This document shows, one piece after another, positions 49,421 to 59,125 of a DNA stretch of 64,000 nt. Source of the stretch: Anaeromyxobacteraceae bacterium (GTDB lineage Bacteria > Myxococcota > Myxococcia > Myxococcales > Anaeromyxobacteraceae); assembly GCA_047602405.1 (NCBI GenBank), contig JASGHJ010000002.1:2624001-2688000 (forward strand). The letters are read 5' to 3'. Below the pieces are notes generated by a model. It searched no databases. It was not told the DNA's origin and saw nothing but the letters and a program-made list of their open reading frames with translations. The position numbers were made by a program, and so were the translations under genes. Each line of letters starts with the position of its first letter. The first letter of the stretch is position 1.

Positions 49421-51763
49421 ATGCCGGACCTCCGCCGCGCCTCCCGGCCCGCGCTCGTCGCGCTCGCCTGCCTCTGGGGCTGCGCGAACCCGCCGGCCGA
49501 GGCGTCGAAGGCCGCCTCCGCGCCCGCGCGGATCGACGGCTTCGCCGACCTGCACGTGCACCAGTTCGCGAACCTCGGGTTCGGCGGCCTCATGCTGTGG
49601 GGCGCGCCGTGGGATCCGAGCGGGGACCTCGCGAAGGCGGTCCCGCGTTGCGACTTCGCCGACGTCGCCGCGGTGACGCCGCTCGGCCTGCCGGTGCTCC
49701 CGGTCCCCTTCCTCGGCACGCCGGTCCACGGCGCCTTCGGGCTCGGCGATCTCATCGGCCTCGCCGTCACGGGCCGGGTCGGCCACGGCGTCGGCGGCGC
49801 GCCCGACTTCGACGGCTGGCCGCACTGGAAGACCGCGACGCACCAGCAGGCGCACGTCGACTGGCTGAGGCGCGCGCACGACGGCGGCCTGAAGCTGATG
49901 GTGCTCCACGCGGTGAACAACAGCGTGCTGTGCCACCTCTCCAACCAGCGGCCCGGCTTCGGCTGCGCCGACATGGACGCGGTCGACCGTCAGCTCGCCG
50001 CGGCGCACGCCCTCGAGGCGTGGATCGACCAGCAGGCCGGCGGCCCCGGCCTGGGCTGGTACCGCATCGTCACCTCCGGCCGCGCGGCGCGCCAGGCCAT
50101 CGAGCGCGGCCAGCTCGCGGTGGTGCTCGGGATGGAGGTCGACGACCTCTTCGGCTGCAACGCGGGCGGCTGCACGGAGGCGTCGGTCGCGGCCGCGCTC
50201 GACCACTACCACGCGCTCGGCGTCCGCACGCTCTACCCGGTCCACGTCTTCGACAACGCCTTCGGCGGCGCGGCCGTCTACCACCCGCTCTTCGACTACG
50301 CGAACAAGCTCGCGACCGGCGACTGGTTCCACCTGCGCGACTGCTCCGCGGAGGGCTTCCAGTACCGCCAGGCCGTGGATCCGGCGCTCGCGCTCCTCTT
50401 CGGGAGCCTCACGCCTCCCGCCTCCCCACCCGGCGCCCACTGCAACGCGCGCCCGCTCCAGCCGCTCGGCCGCGCGCTCGTCTCCGCGATGATGGACCGC
50501 GGCATGATCGTCGACGTCGACCACCTGGACGCCCTCGCGCTCGACGAGGCGCTCGGGATGGCCGAGGCCCGGCGCTACCCGGGCGTCGTGATGGGCCACG
50601 CCTCGTACCTCGACATCAACCTGGGGCCGCTGCGCTCGGAGGGCGCGAAGCCGGGGCGGCAGCTCGACCGGCTGCGCGCGCTCGGCGGGGTCCCGGCGGT
50701 GATCCTCCACCAGGGCTCGACCGCCGAGATCGGCACGTTCCCGGCCGGCGGCGCGGCGACCTCCTTCGTCGCGTCCCGCGTCCCGAACGACTGCGGCACC
50801 TCCTCGCGCTCGCTCGCGCAGGTGTACCTGCACGTCGCGGAGGCGATGCGCGGCGGCGCGGTCGCGTTCGGCAGCGACCTGAACGGCATGGCGCTCGAGC
50901 CCGCCCCGCGCTTCGGCCCGGACGCGTGCGACGGCGACCGGAGGGCCGACCAGGGCACGCCGTTCACCTACCCCTTCACGCTCGCGGGCCGGAGCTTCGA
51001 CCGCGCCGCCGCGGGCAGTCGCCGGTTCGACTTCAACGTCGACGGCATGGCGCACATCGGCATGTACCCGGACCTCATCCACGACCTCTCGGCCTCCGGG
51101 GTCTCGGACGCCGACCTCGCGCCCCTCTTCTCGTCCGCCGAGGCGTACGTCGCGATGTGGGAGCGGCTCGAGAGCGTCCCGCCGGTCGCGCGCGCGCGCG
51201 ACGTCGAGGTGGAGGCCGGGCCGGACTGCACCGCGGCCGCCGCGGTGGACGCGGGCTCGTACGATCCCGACGGCGGCCCGGTGACCGTGACCCAGTCGCC
51301 GCCCGGCCCCTACGCCCCCGGCCGGACGACCGTCACCCTCACCGTCACCGACGCGAGCGGCGCGAGCGCCAGCGCGACCGCGACGGTCACGGTGGTCGAC
51401 CGGGCCGGGCCGACGCTCACGGCCGTCACCGCGACGCCCGGCGTGCTGTGGCCCCCGAACCACGCGCTCGTGGACGTGACGATCGGCTACGGGCTCGCCG
51501 ACGCCTGCGCGGCGAGCGCCGGCGCACCGCCCGGCGCGGTGCTCTCGGTGACGGCGCGCGAGGGCACGGTCCCGGTCGCGCCCGATCGCTGCCGGGAGGA
51601 CGTCGTCGTCGTCGACGCGCACCACGTGAGGCTCCGCGCCGAGCGCGCCGGCCGGGGGCCCGGGCGGACGTACACCGTGACCGTGACCGCGACCGACGCC
51701 TCCGGCAACTCGACCGAGGGTGCGATCGACGTGGTGGTGCCGCACGACCGGGGCCACCCGTAG
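49421..51763 (+). CDS. Membrane dipeptidase (M19/amidohydrolase) family lipoprotein with C-terminal HYR/Ig-like domains
   Basis: GFADLHVH, LGMEVD, MIVDVDH, FGSDLNG, GMAHIGMYPD; LWPPNH-type C-terminal domain. Confidence 0.8.
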   Translation: MPDLRRASRPALVALACLWGCANPPAEASKAASAPARIDGFADLHVHQFANLGFGGLMLWGAPWDPSGDLAKAVPRCDFADVAAVTPLGLPVLPVPFLGTPVHGAFGLGDLIGLAVTGRVGHGVGGAPDFDGWPHWKTATHQQAHVDWLRRAHDGGLKLMVLHAVNNSVLCHLSNQRPGFGCADMDAVDRQLAAAHALEAWIDQQAGGPGLGWYRIVTSGRAARQAIERGQLAVVLGMEVDDLFGCNAGGCTEASVAAALDHYHALGVRTLYPVHVFDNAFGGAAVYHPLFDYANKLATGDWFHLRDCSAEGFQYRQAVDPALALLFGSLTPPASPPGAHCNARPLQPLGRALVSAMMDRGMIVDVDHLDALALDEALGMAEARRYPGVVMGHASYLDINLGPLRSEGAKPGRQLDRLRALGGVPAVILHQGSTAEIGTFPAGGAATSFVASRVPNDCGTSSRSLAQVYLHVAEAMRGGAVAFGSDLNGMALEPAPRFGPDACDGDRRADQGTPFTYPFTLAGRSFDRAAAGSRRFDFNVDGMAHIGMYPDLIHDLSASGVSDADLAPLFSSAEAYVAMWERLESVPPVARARDVEVEAGPDCTAAAAVDAGSYDPDGGPVTVTQSPPGPYAPGRTTVTLTVTDASGASASATATVTVVDRAGPTLTAVTATPGVLWPPNHALVDVTIGYGLADACAASAGAPPGAVLSVTAREGTVPVAPDRCREDVVVVDAHHVRLRAERAGRGPGRTYTVTVTATDASGNSTEGAIDVVVPHDRGHP

Positions 51764-51827
51764 CCGGCCCGATATCGAGCGCGCAGCCGTTCGCGACAGC
51801 CGCGCCCCGGGGCGGTAAGGTCGGGGC

Positions 51828-52655
51828 ATGTCGCTCGGCAAGAAGATCGCGTTCCTCGGCACCGGCAACATGGCCGAGGCCCTCGTGAAGGGCCTCCTGC
51901 GCGCGGGCAGCGCCGCGAAGGAGGAGATCGTCTGCTCGGAGCCGCGGGCGCCGCGGCGCGAGGAGATCGCGCAGCGCTACGGCGTGGTGGTGACCGGCGA
52001 CAACCGGGGGGCCGCCGAGGCCTCCGACATCCTCGTGCTCTCGGTGAAGCCACAGACCATGGACGCGCTCCTCGAGGAGATCGCGCCCGCCATCGACCAC
52101 AAGAAGCTCGTCGTCTCCATCGCCGCCGGCATCCCGATCTCCGCCATCGCCCGCAAGCTCGGCGCCGGCGTCCGCATCGTCCGCACGATGCCCAACACCC
52201 CCGCCCTCGTCGGCGCGGGCGCGACCGCGCTCGCCCGCGGCTCCCACGCCACCGACGCCGACCTCGCCGAGGTGAAGCGCCTCTTCGAGGCGGTCGGCAT
52301 CGCCCACGTGGTCGAGGAGCACCACCTCGACGCCGTCACCGGCCTCTCCGGCTCCGGTCCCGCGTTCATCTTCGTCGCCATCGAGGCGCTCGCCGACGGC
52401 GGCGTGAAGGTGGGGCTGGCCCGCCCGGTCGCCCTGGCGCTCGCCGCCCAGACCGTGCTCGGCTCGGCGAAGCTCATCCTGGAGACCGGGGCGCACCCCG
52501 GGCAGCTGAAGGACCAGGTGACGAGCCCGGGCGGCACCGCCATCGCCGGCGTGCACGCGATGGAGGTCGCCGGGGTCCGGGCCGGCCTCATCGCCGCCGT
52601 GGAGGCCGCCACGAACCGCTCCCACGAGCTCGGGGAGAAGGCGAAGAAGGACTGA
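51828..52655 (+). CDS. proC: Pyrroline-5-carboxylate reductase
   Basis: FLGTGNMA, VKPQ, RTMPNTP, SGSGPA, VTSPGGT. Confidence 0.97.
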   Translation: MSLGKKIAFLGTGNMAEALVKGLLRAGSAAKEEIVCSEPRAPRREEIAQRYGVVVTGDNRGAAEASDILVLSVKPQTMDALLEEIAPAIDHKKLVVSIAAGIPISAIARKLGAGVRIVRTMPNTPALVGAGATALARGSHATDADLAEVKRLFEAVGIAHVVEEHHLDAVTGLSGSGPAFIFVAIEALADGGVKVGLARPVALALAAQTVLGSAKLILETGAHPGQLKDQVTSPGGTAIAGVHAMEVAGVRAGLIAAVEAATNRSHELGEKAKKD

Positions 52656-52741
52656 CCGCCGCGCGCGCGGCGGGCTGGCGAGACGGCTCCGGAGCGCCGC
52701 GCGTTCCTTCCCCCGCCCCTTCGGGTAGGATGCGCCCTCGC

Positions 52742-54721
52742 ATGCGCGTCCCGCACCTCGTCCGGCCCGCCCTCCTCCTCTGCCTGCTCCTGCCCACCCT
52801 CGCCGCGGCGCGCGAGCGCGGCGAGCTCACGATCCTCAGCTACCACGAGATCACCGACAAGCAGGACGCCCTCGCGCCCGCCTACACCGTCACGCCCACG
52901 AACTTCCTGCGCCAGATCGACTGGCTCAGGAACCACGGGTACCGGTTCGTCAGCGTCGACGACGTCATCGCGAACCGGGCCGGGAAGCGCGACCTCCCGG
53001 ACAAGGCGGTCCTCGTCACGTTCGACGACGCGTACCAGTCGATGTACGTGCACGCGTGGCCGGTGCTGAAGATGTTCCGCATCCCGGCCGTCGTGAGCGT
53101 CGTGGGCAGCTGGCTCGAGCAGCGGGACACCATCGACGTGGACGGCAAGATCCGGCCGCGCTCGGTCATGCTGTCGTGGGACGCCATCAAGGAGATGTCG
53201 GCGAGCGGGCTCGTCGAGATCGGCAGCCACTCGTGGGACCTGCACCGCGGCCTCGTCGCGAACCCGCAGGGCAACACCCAGCCCGCCGCCACCGCCCGCC
53301 GCTACCTCCCGGAGAAGAAGCGGTACGAGGACGAGGGCGCCTACCGCGCGCGCATCGAGGCCGACCTCGCGAGGAGCACGGCCGAGGTCACCCGCCGCAC
53401 CGGCAGGTCGCCGCGGGTCATCGCCTGGCCCTACGGGCGCTTCAACGCGACCACGATGTCGATCGCCGAGAAGCTCGGCTACCGGGTCGGGCTCACGCTG
53501 GAGGACGGCGCGAACTGGCCCGACACCCCGCTCCTCGCGCTGCGCCGGCTGATCGTCACCGCCGAGCTCACCCTCCCGGCCTTCCAGAAGGAGCTCGAGT
53601 ACCGCGAGGAGGACCTCACCGACGAGGACCGCCCGCAGTCGATCGCCCACGTCGACCTCGACGCCATCTACGACGACGATCCGGCGCAGATCGAGCGGAA
53701 CCTGTCGCACCTCCTCGACCGGCTCCAGTGGCTCAACGTCAACGCGGTCTACCTGCAGGCCTTCGCCGATCCGGACGCGAACGGCTCGGCCGACGCGGTC
53801 TACTTCCCCTGCCGCCGGCTCCCCACCCGCGCCGACCTCTTCAACCGGGTGGCCTGGCAGATCCGCACCCGCACGCAGGTGCGCCGCCTCTACGCCTGGA
53901 TGCCGGCGCTCGCCTTCGAGCTGCCGGCGAGCGACCCCGCGGCGAAGGAGGTCGTGACCGCGCTGCCCGCCGCGCCGGGCGAGACCGCCGGCCGCGTCGA
54001 CATGGGCTACCGGCGGCTCTCGCCGTTCTCGCCCAAGGCCCGCCAGGCGATCAAGGAGATTTACGAGGACCTCGCCCGCTCGGCGTCGTTCGAGGGGCTC
54101 CTCTTCCACGACGACCTCACGCTCTCCGACCGCGAGGACGCGAGCCCGCTCGCGCTCGAGACCTACCGGAGCTGGGGCCTGCCGGGGACCATCCAGGAGA
54201 TCCGCAAGACCGACGACCTCGTCGGCCGCTGGACCATCTTCAAGATCAACGCGCTCGACGACTTCGCGATGGAGCTCGCCGCGATCGTGCGCGCCGGGCA
54301 GCCCGGCCTCGTGGTCGCCCGGAACCTCTACTCCCGGGTGGTCCTCCAGCCGCGCGCCGAGGTCTGGTACGCGCAGTCGCTCGACAACTCGCTCGCCCGC
54401 TACGACTTCACCGCGATCATGGCGATGCCGTACATGGAGAACGCCCCGGACCCGGGCGCCTACTTCCGGGACCTCGTCGCCGAGGTGAAGATCCGGCGCG
54501 CCATGAAGAAGGTGATCTTCGAGCTCCAGGCGGTGGACTGGCGCGAGGACTCGAAGCCCATCCCCTCGAACGAGCTCGCCGAGACCATCCGCACGCTCTT
54601 CGACCTCGGCGTCGTGCACGTCGGCTACTACCCCGACTCGCCGTTCATCAACCACCCCGACCCGGCGATCATCCGGCGCGTGCTCTCGCAGCGCCCCATC
54701 CCGCCGACCCCCGCCAAGTAG
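52742..54721 (+). CDS. pgaB: Poly-beta-1,6-GlcNAc N-deacetylase/hydrolase
   Basis: LSYHEI, TFDD, SHSWDLH, WPYG; C-domain HVDLD, VYLQAFAD, RADLFNRVAWQ, MAMPYME. Confidence 0.95.
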   Translation: MRVPHLVRPALLLCLLLPTLAAARERGELTILSYHEITDKQDALAPAYTVTPTNFLRQIDWLRNHGYRFVSVDDVIANRAGKRDLPDKAVLVTFDDAYQSMYVHAWPVLKMFRIPAVVSVVGSWLEQRDTIDVDGKIRPRSVMLSWDAIKEMSASGLVEIGSHSWDLHRGLVANPQGNTQPAATARRYLPEKKRYEDEGAYRARIEADLARSTAEVTRRTGRSPRVIAWPYGRFNATTMSIAEKLGYRVGLTLEDGANWPDTPLLALRRLIVTAELTLPAFQKELEYREEDLTDEDRPQSIAHVDLDAIYDDDPAQIERNLSHLLDRLQWLNVNAVYLQAFADPDANGSADAVYFPCRRLPTRADLFNRVAWQIRTRTQVRRLYAWMPALAFELPASDPAAKEVVTALPAAPGETAGRVDMGYRRLSPFSPKARQAIKEIYEDLARSASFEGLLFHDDLTLSDREDASPLALETYRSWGLPGTIQEIRKTDDLVGRWTIFKINALDDFAMELAAIVRAGQPGLVVARNLYSRVVLQPRAEVWYAQSLDNSLARYDFTAIMAMPYMENAPDPGAYFRDLVAEVKIRRAMKKVIFELQAVDWREDSKPIPSNELAETIRTLFDLGVVHVGYYPDSPFINHPDPAIIRRVLSQRPIPPTPAK

Positions 54722-54731
54722 AGGCACCGCC

Positions 54732-55994
54732 TTGGACGCCCTCGCCGCCGCGTGGCAGGCCCTGCTCTCCTTCGTCTTCTGGTACCCGCTGGCGATGTCC
54801 GGGGTCTGGATGGTGGGGGCCGCCATCTTCTGGTGGCGCGACGAGCGCGAGCAGCCGCGCTTCGACGAGCCGGTCCCGCTCGCGAACACGCCGCCGATCT
54901 CGGTCCTGATCCCCTGCTTCAACGAGGAGGAGAACGCCGAGGAGACCATCACCCACGCGCTCGCCCTCGACTACCCCGAGTTCGAGGTCATCGCCGTGAA
55001 CGACGGCAGCCGCGACCGCACCGCGGAGGTGCTGGAGCGGCTCGCCGCGCAGCACCCGCGCCTGCGCGTCATCCACCTCGCCGAGAACCAGGGCAAGGCG
55101 ATGGCGCTGCGCACCGGGACGCTGCTCGCGCGCCACGAGCTCCTCGTCTGCATCGACGGCGACGCGCTCCTCGACCGGCACGCCGCCCACTGGCTCGTGC
55201 GGCACTTCGTCGAGGAGGAGACGGTCGCGGCGGTCACCGGCAACCCGCGCATCCGCAACCGCTCCACGATCCTGGGCCGGGTGCAGGTCGGCGAGTTCTC
55301 GTGCATCGTCGGCACCATCAAGCGCGCCCAGCGGACCTTCGGGCGCATCTTCACCGTGTCCGGCGTCATCACCGCGTTCCGCCGGTCGGCGGTGCACCAG
55401 GTCGACTACTGGAGCACCGACGTCCTCACCGAGGACATCGACATCACCTGGAAGCTCTACCGGGCGGGCTGGGACGTGCGCTTCGAGCCGCGCGCGCTGA
55501 CCTGGATCCTCATGCCCGAGACGCTGCGCGGGCTCTGGAAGCAGCGCCTGCGCTGGGCCATGGGCGGCGCGCAGACCTTCCTCAAGAACGTCGACGCCTG
55601 GGTGCAGCCGGCCCAGCGGCTGCTCTGGCCGCTGCTCCTCGAGAACCTGCTCAGCGCCGCGTGGGCCTACGCGATGCTGCTCCTCTTCCTCGCGTGGCTC
55701 GTCGGGCTGGTCCTGCCGCACGGCACCCTCCCCACGGTGAGCTCGCCGCTCGTCCCACAATCCGGGGGCGTCCTCCTGTCCCTGGTCTGCCTCCTCCAGT
55801 TCGCCTTCTCGACCGGGCTCGATGCGCGCTACGACCGCGGGTTGGCGAAGACCCTCTTCTGGATGATCTGGTACCCCGTCGCCTTCTGGATGATCGGGTG
55901 CATGACCACGATCGCGGCCTATCCACGCGTGATCGCTAGAGGAAGAGGCGCCCGGGCCCGCTGGGTCAGCCCGGACCGCGGCATCCGTCCTTGA
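54732..55994 (+). CDS. pgaC: Poly-beta-1,6-GlcNAc synthase (GT2)
   Basis: IPCFNEE, NDGS, DGD, TGNPRIRNR, TEDID, QRLRW, WVSPDRG; TTG start. Confidence 0.95.
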   Translation: MDALAAAWQALLSFVFWYPLAMSGVWMVGAAIFWWRDEREQPRFDEPVPLANTPPISVLIPCFNEEENAEETITHALALDYPEFEVIAVNDGSRDRTAEVLERLAAQHPRLRVIHLAENQGKAMALRTGTLLARHELLVCIDGDALLDRHAAHWLVRHFVEEETVAAVTGNPRIRNRSTILGRVQVGEFSCIVGTIKRAQRTFGRIFTVSGVITAFRRSAVHQVDYWSTDVLTEDIDITWKLYRAGWDVRFEPRALTWILMPETLRGLWKQRLRWAMGGAQTFLKNVDAWVQPAQRLLWPLLLENLLSAAWAYAMLLLFLAWLVGLVLPHGTLPTVSSPLVPQSGGVLLSLVCLLQFAFSTGLDARYDRGLAKTLFWMIWYPVAFWMIGCMTTIAAYPRVIARGRGARARWVSPDRGIRP

Positions 55995-56102
55995 ATGCGC
56001 CTGCCCCCTCCCGCGTCAAGCTGGACGGGAAACGTTCGATCAGGTAAACCGCGCGCTCGCCTGGGTCGTCGCCTTGGGGGGTGCCGGCCAGGATGGAGAC
56101 CC

Positions 56103-56549
56103 ATGAAGTCGTCGTTGATCATCGAGGCCAGCGACCGCCTGGCCTGGCACAAGCGCCTCGCGTCCGAGGCGTCCACCGCTGCCCTCTGGGGCGGCTGGCT
56201 CTGGCTCTGGGCCCCGCTGCTCAAGGGCGCGAGCTCCCTCGCGATGCTCGGGCCGCAGCTCTCGCCGTCCTTCATGAAGGCGCTCCCCGCCGCGGCGGGC
56301 AACCTGCCGCTCTCCCTCGCCGCCATCGCCGGCACGTCCGGCACGCTCATGGCGTGGCACAAGCTGCCCCGCCAGCGCGCACAGGCGCCCGAGAGCCTCC
56401 CGGTCGCCGAGTACGCCCGGCGGTTCGAGGTGTCCGAGCGCGTGATCGAGGAGGGCCGCGAGGCCTCGATCTGCGTCGTCCACCACGACGCCGAGGGCCG
56501 CATCTCGCGCGTCGAGTGCCGCGCTCCGGCCGCGCAGGCCGCCGCCTAG
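56103..56549 (+). CDS. pgaD: PgaD-like membrane protein
   Basis: GGAG RBS; LII...RL...T..LW..W..LW N-terminus, 2 TM, C-terminal VVHHDAEGRI; follows pgaC. Confidence 0.7.
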   Translation: MKSSLIIEASDRLAWHKRLASEASTAALWGGWLWLWAPLLKGASSLAMLGPQLSPSFMKALPAAAGNLPLSLAAIAGTSGTLMAWHKLPRQRAQAPESLPVAEYARRFEVSERVIEEGREASICVVHHDAEGRISRVECRAPAAQAAA

Positions 56550-59125
56550 CGGCGCCGCTGACGCGGCGAGGCGCGCGCACGGCCGCCCCCTCGAGAGCCT
56601 TCACGCTCCTCACCGCCGCCCTCGCGGTCGCGGTCGCGCTGCCCGCGCGCGGCGCGGAGGAGCGCGCGCTCTCGCAGAGCATCCGCGAGCGGTGGACCTA
56701 CCGCGACGGCCTGCCCCACAACACCGCGCACCGCCTGCTCGCGGCGCGCACCGGGTACCTCTGGATCGGCACGCAGGAGGGGCTCGTCCGGTTCGACGGC
56801 GTGCGCTTCCACGTCCACGCGGTCGAGGACACCCCGGGGCTCGCCGGCAACGAGATCTCCGCCCTGCTCGAGGTCGGCGACACCCTCTGGATCGGCACCG
56901 GCCGCGGCCTCTCCCGCCTCGACGGCGACGCCTTCACGACGGTCGCGCTCGGCGCGGACGCGGCGGTGACCGACCTCGCCCCGGACGGCGAGGGCGGGGT
57001 GTGGGTGGCCACCGAGGCCCACGGCGTGCGCCGGGTGAACGCCGCCGGCGCCGCGACGACCGGGGAGCTCGCGGGGCTGGCCCGGCAGCGCGTGCTGGCG
57101 CTCGCGCGGGTGGGCGAGGCGCTCTGGATCGGCGGCACCCAGGGGCTGGCGCGCCTCGAGGGCGGGCGCCTCGAGCACCTCGGGTGGGCGGCGATCCCGG
57201 ACGCCCCGGTGGTGCGGATCGTCGGGACCCGGGACGGGTCGCTGTGGGTCGGCACCGCCGCCGGGCTCGCCCGCCGCCGGCCGGGCGCGGCGGCCTTCGA
57301 GCGGGTGCCGCTCGCCGGCGCGCCCGGGTTCGTGGGCGGCATCCTCGAGGACCGCACCGGCGCCGTCTGGCTCGGCGGCGAGGGCGCGCGCGTGCAGCGC
57401 CTCTCCGGCGATCACCTCGAGGCCCTCGCCGGCCGGCGCGTCCCCGAGAGCGTGCAGGCGATGGTGGAGGACGCGAACGGCGATCTCTGGTTCGGCAGCG
57501 AGTCGGGCGGCCTCTACCGGTGGCGCTGGGGCCAGGCGCTCACCATCGCGACCGAGGAGGGGCTGGCACACGACGTGGTGTGGGCGGTCCACGGCTCGCG
57601 CGACGGCGGGATGTGGGTCGTGAGCGACGCCGGGCTCGACCTCGTGACCGACGGTCGGCCCCGCCGCGCCCACGCGAAGGAGCTCGGCAAGGAGAGCCTG
57701 GGCGGCCTCCTCGAGGATCGCGCCGGACGGCTCTGGGTCGGCACGCCGACGACCATCTGGCGCTTCGGCCCCGGCGGCGCCGCCCGGTTCGGGACGGAGC
57801 GCGGCCTCGCCGGCGCGCTCACCCGCGCCCTCCACGAGGACGCGCGGGGCACGATCTGGGCGGGCACCGCGCACGGCGTCTACCGGCTCGAGGGCGAGCG
57901 CTTCCGGGCCGTCGAGTCCGACCCGCGGCTCGCGGGCGACCGCGTGAACGCGTTCGCGGAGCTGCCCGACGGCGGCCTGTGGGTCGGGACCACGACCGGC
58001 CTCGCCCGCGTCGAGGGCGACCGGCTCGTCCCGCCTCCCCTCCCCGACCCGTCCCAGGTCCGCGGCGACGTGACCGCGCTCCGCGCCGACGCCGACGGGA
58101 CGCTCTGGATCGGCACGCTCGGCGATGGGCTCCTGCGGCTCCTGGGCGGGCGCGTGCAGCGCTTCACGCGGCGGGAGGGGCTGCCCGAGGACACCGTCTA
58201 CGCGATCCTCGACGACGGCGCCGGGCACCTCTGGCTCTCCGGCTCCCACGGGATTGTCCGCGTCTCGCGCGCGGAGCTCGGCGACGTCGCCGACGGGCGG
58301 CGCCGCTCCGTCGCCCCGATGACCTTCGGCACGGCCGACGGGATGCGCGAGCGGGAGTGCAACGGCGGGGTGTCGCCGGCGGCGTGGCGCGCCGACGACG
58401 GGCGCCTGTGGTTCGCGACCATCCACGGCGCGGTGGCGCTCGATCCGGCGCGCGTCGAGGCGAACCCGCGACCGCCCCCGGTCCGGGTGGAGGAGCTCGT
58501 CGCCGACGCCCGGGTGCTGTCGCCCGCCGCCGGGCGCTCCCTGCCGGCCGGCACCCGCCGCCTGGAGGTGCGCTACACCGGCCTCGACCTCTCCGCGGCG
58601 GACCGCCTCCGCTTCCGCCACCGCCTGGTCGGGCTCGACGACGGGTTCGTCGACGTCCGGGCCGAGCGCGTCGCCCACTACACGAACCTCGGCCCCGGCC
58701 GCTACACCTTCGAGGTCATGGCCGCGAACGGCTCCGGCGCGTTCGGGGCACCCGCCACGCTCGCCTTCGAGATCGAGCCGCACCTCTGGCAGACGCGGGC
58801 GTTCGGGGTCTCGCTCGTCGCGCTCCTCGTCGCGCTCATCGTCATCGGGCCCCTCCTGCGGATCCGCGCCCTGCGGCGGCAGGAGGCCGCGCTCGCCGCG
58901 CGCGTCGAGGAGGAGGTGCAGCGGGTCAGGATCCTCCGCGGCCTGCTCCCCACCTGCGCCTGGTGCAGCAAGATCCGCGACGAGGCGGGGAACTGGCAGC
59001 AGTTCGAGGCCTACGTGAGCGCCCGCGCCGACGTGACGTTCACGCACGGCATGTGCCCCGAGTGCTTCGCGCGGCACGGCGGCCAGCTCGACCTGCCCGA
59101 CACCGACGGGCGCCGGGGCCCTTAG
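56516..59125 (+). CDS. Periplasmic two-component-type propeller sensor (Reg_prop + Y_Y_Y) with short cytoplasmic Cys4 domain
   Basis: Many LWIGT/LWVGT blades, DGLP, YTNLGPGRYTFEV, one TM, tail LLPTCAWCSKIRD...FTHGMCPEC; start is uncertain. Confidence 0.85.
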   Translation: MPRSGRAGRRLAAPLTRRGARTAAPSRAFTLLTAALAVAVALPARGAEERALSQSIRERWTYRDGLPHNTAHRLLAARTGYLWIGTQEGLVRFDGVRFHVHAVEDTPGLAGNEISALLEVGDTLWIGTGRGLSRLDGDAFTTVALGADAAVTDLAPDGEGGVWVATEAHGVRRVNAAGAATTGELAGLARQRVLALARVGEALWIGGTQGLARLEGGRLEHLGWAAIPDAPVVRIVGTRDGSLWVGTAAGLARRRPGAAAFERVPLAGAPGFVGGILEDRTGAVWLGGEGARVQRLSGDHLEALAGRRVPESVQAMVEDANGDLWFGSESGGLYRWRWGQALTIATEEGLAHDVVWAVHGSRDGGMWVVSDAGLDLVTDGRPRRAHAKELGKESLGGLLEDRAGRLWVGTPTTIWRFGPGGAARFGTERGLAGALTRALHEDARGTIWAGTAHGVYRLEGERFRAVESDPRLAGDRVNAFAELPDGGLWVGTTTGLARVEGDRLVPPPLPDPSQVRGDVTALRADADGTLWIGTLGDGLLRLLGGRVQRFTRREGLPEDTVYAILDDGAGHLWLSGSHGIVRVSRAELGDVADGRRRSVAPMTFGTADGMRERECNGGVSPAAWRADDGRLWFATIHGAVALDPARVEANPRPPPVRVEELVADARVLSPAAGRSLPAGTRRLEVRYTGLDLSAADRLRFRHRLVGLDDGFVDVRAERVAHYTNLGPGRYTFEVMAANGSGAFGAPATLAFEIEPHLWQTRAFGVSLVALLVALIVIGPLLRIRALRRQEAALAARVEEEVQRVRILRGLLPTCAWCSKIRDEAGNWQQFEAYVSARADVTFTHGMCPECFARHGGQLDLPDTDGRRGP

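Noticed and set aside
46355..51871. Very long ORFs such as 46355..51871(-), 56692..60516(+), 20872..23616(+), 51977..54952(-) and 39554..42889(+)
   Set aside because: Shadow frames of real genes in high-GC DNA (Arg/Pro/Gly-rich, no motifs); at most a terminal part is real, e.g. the ECF at 46355..46915.
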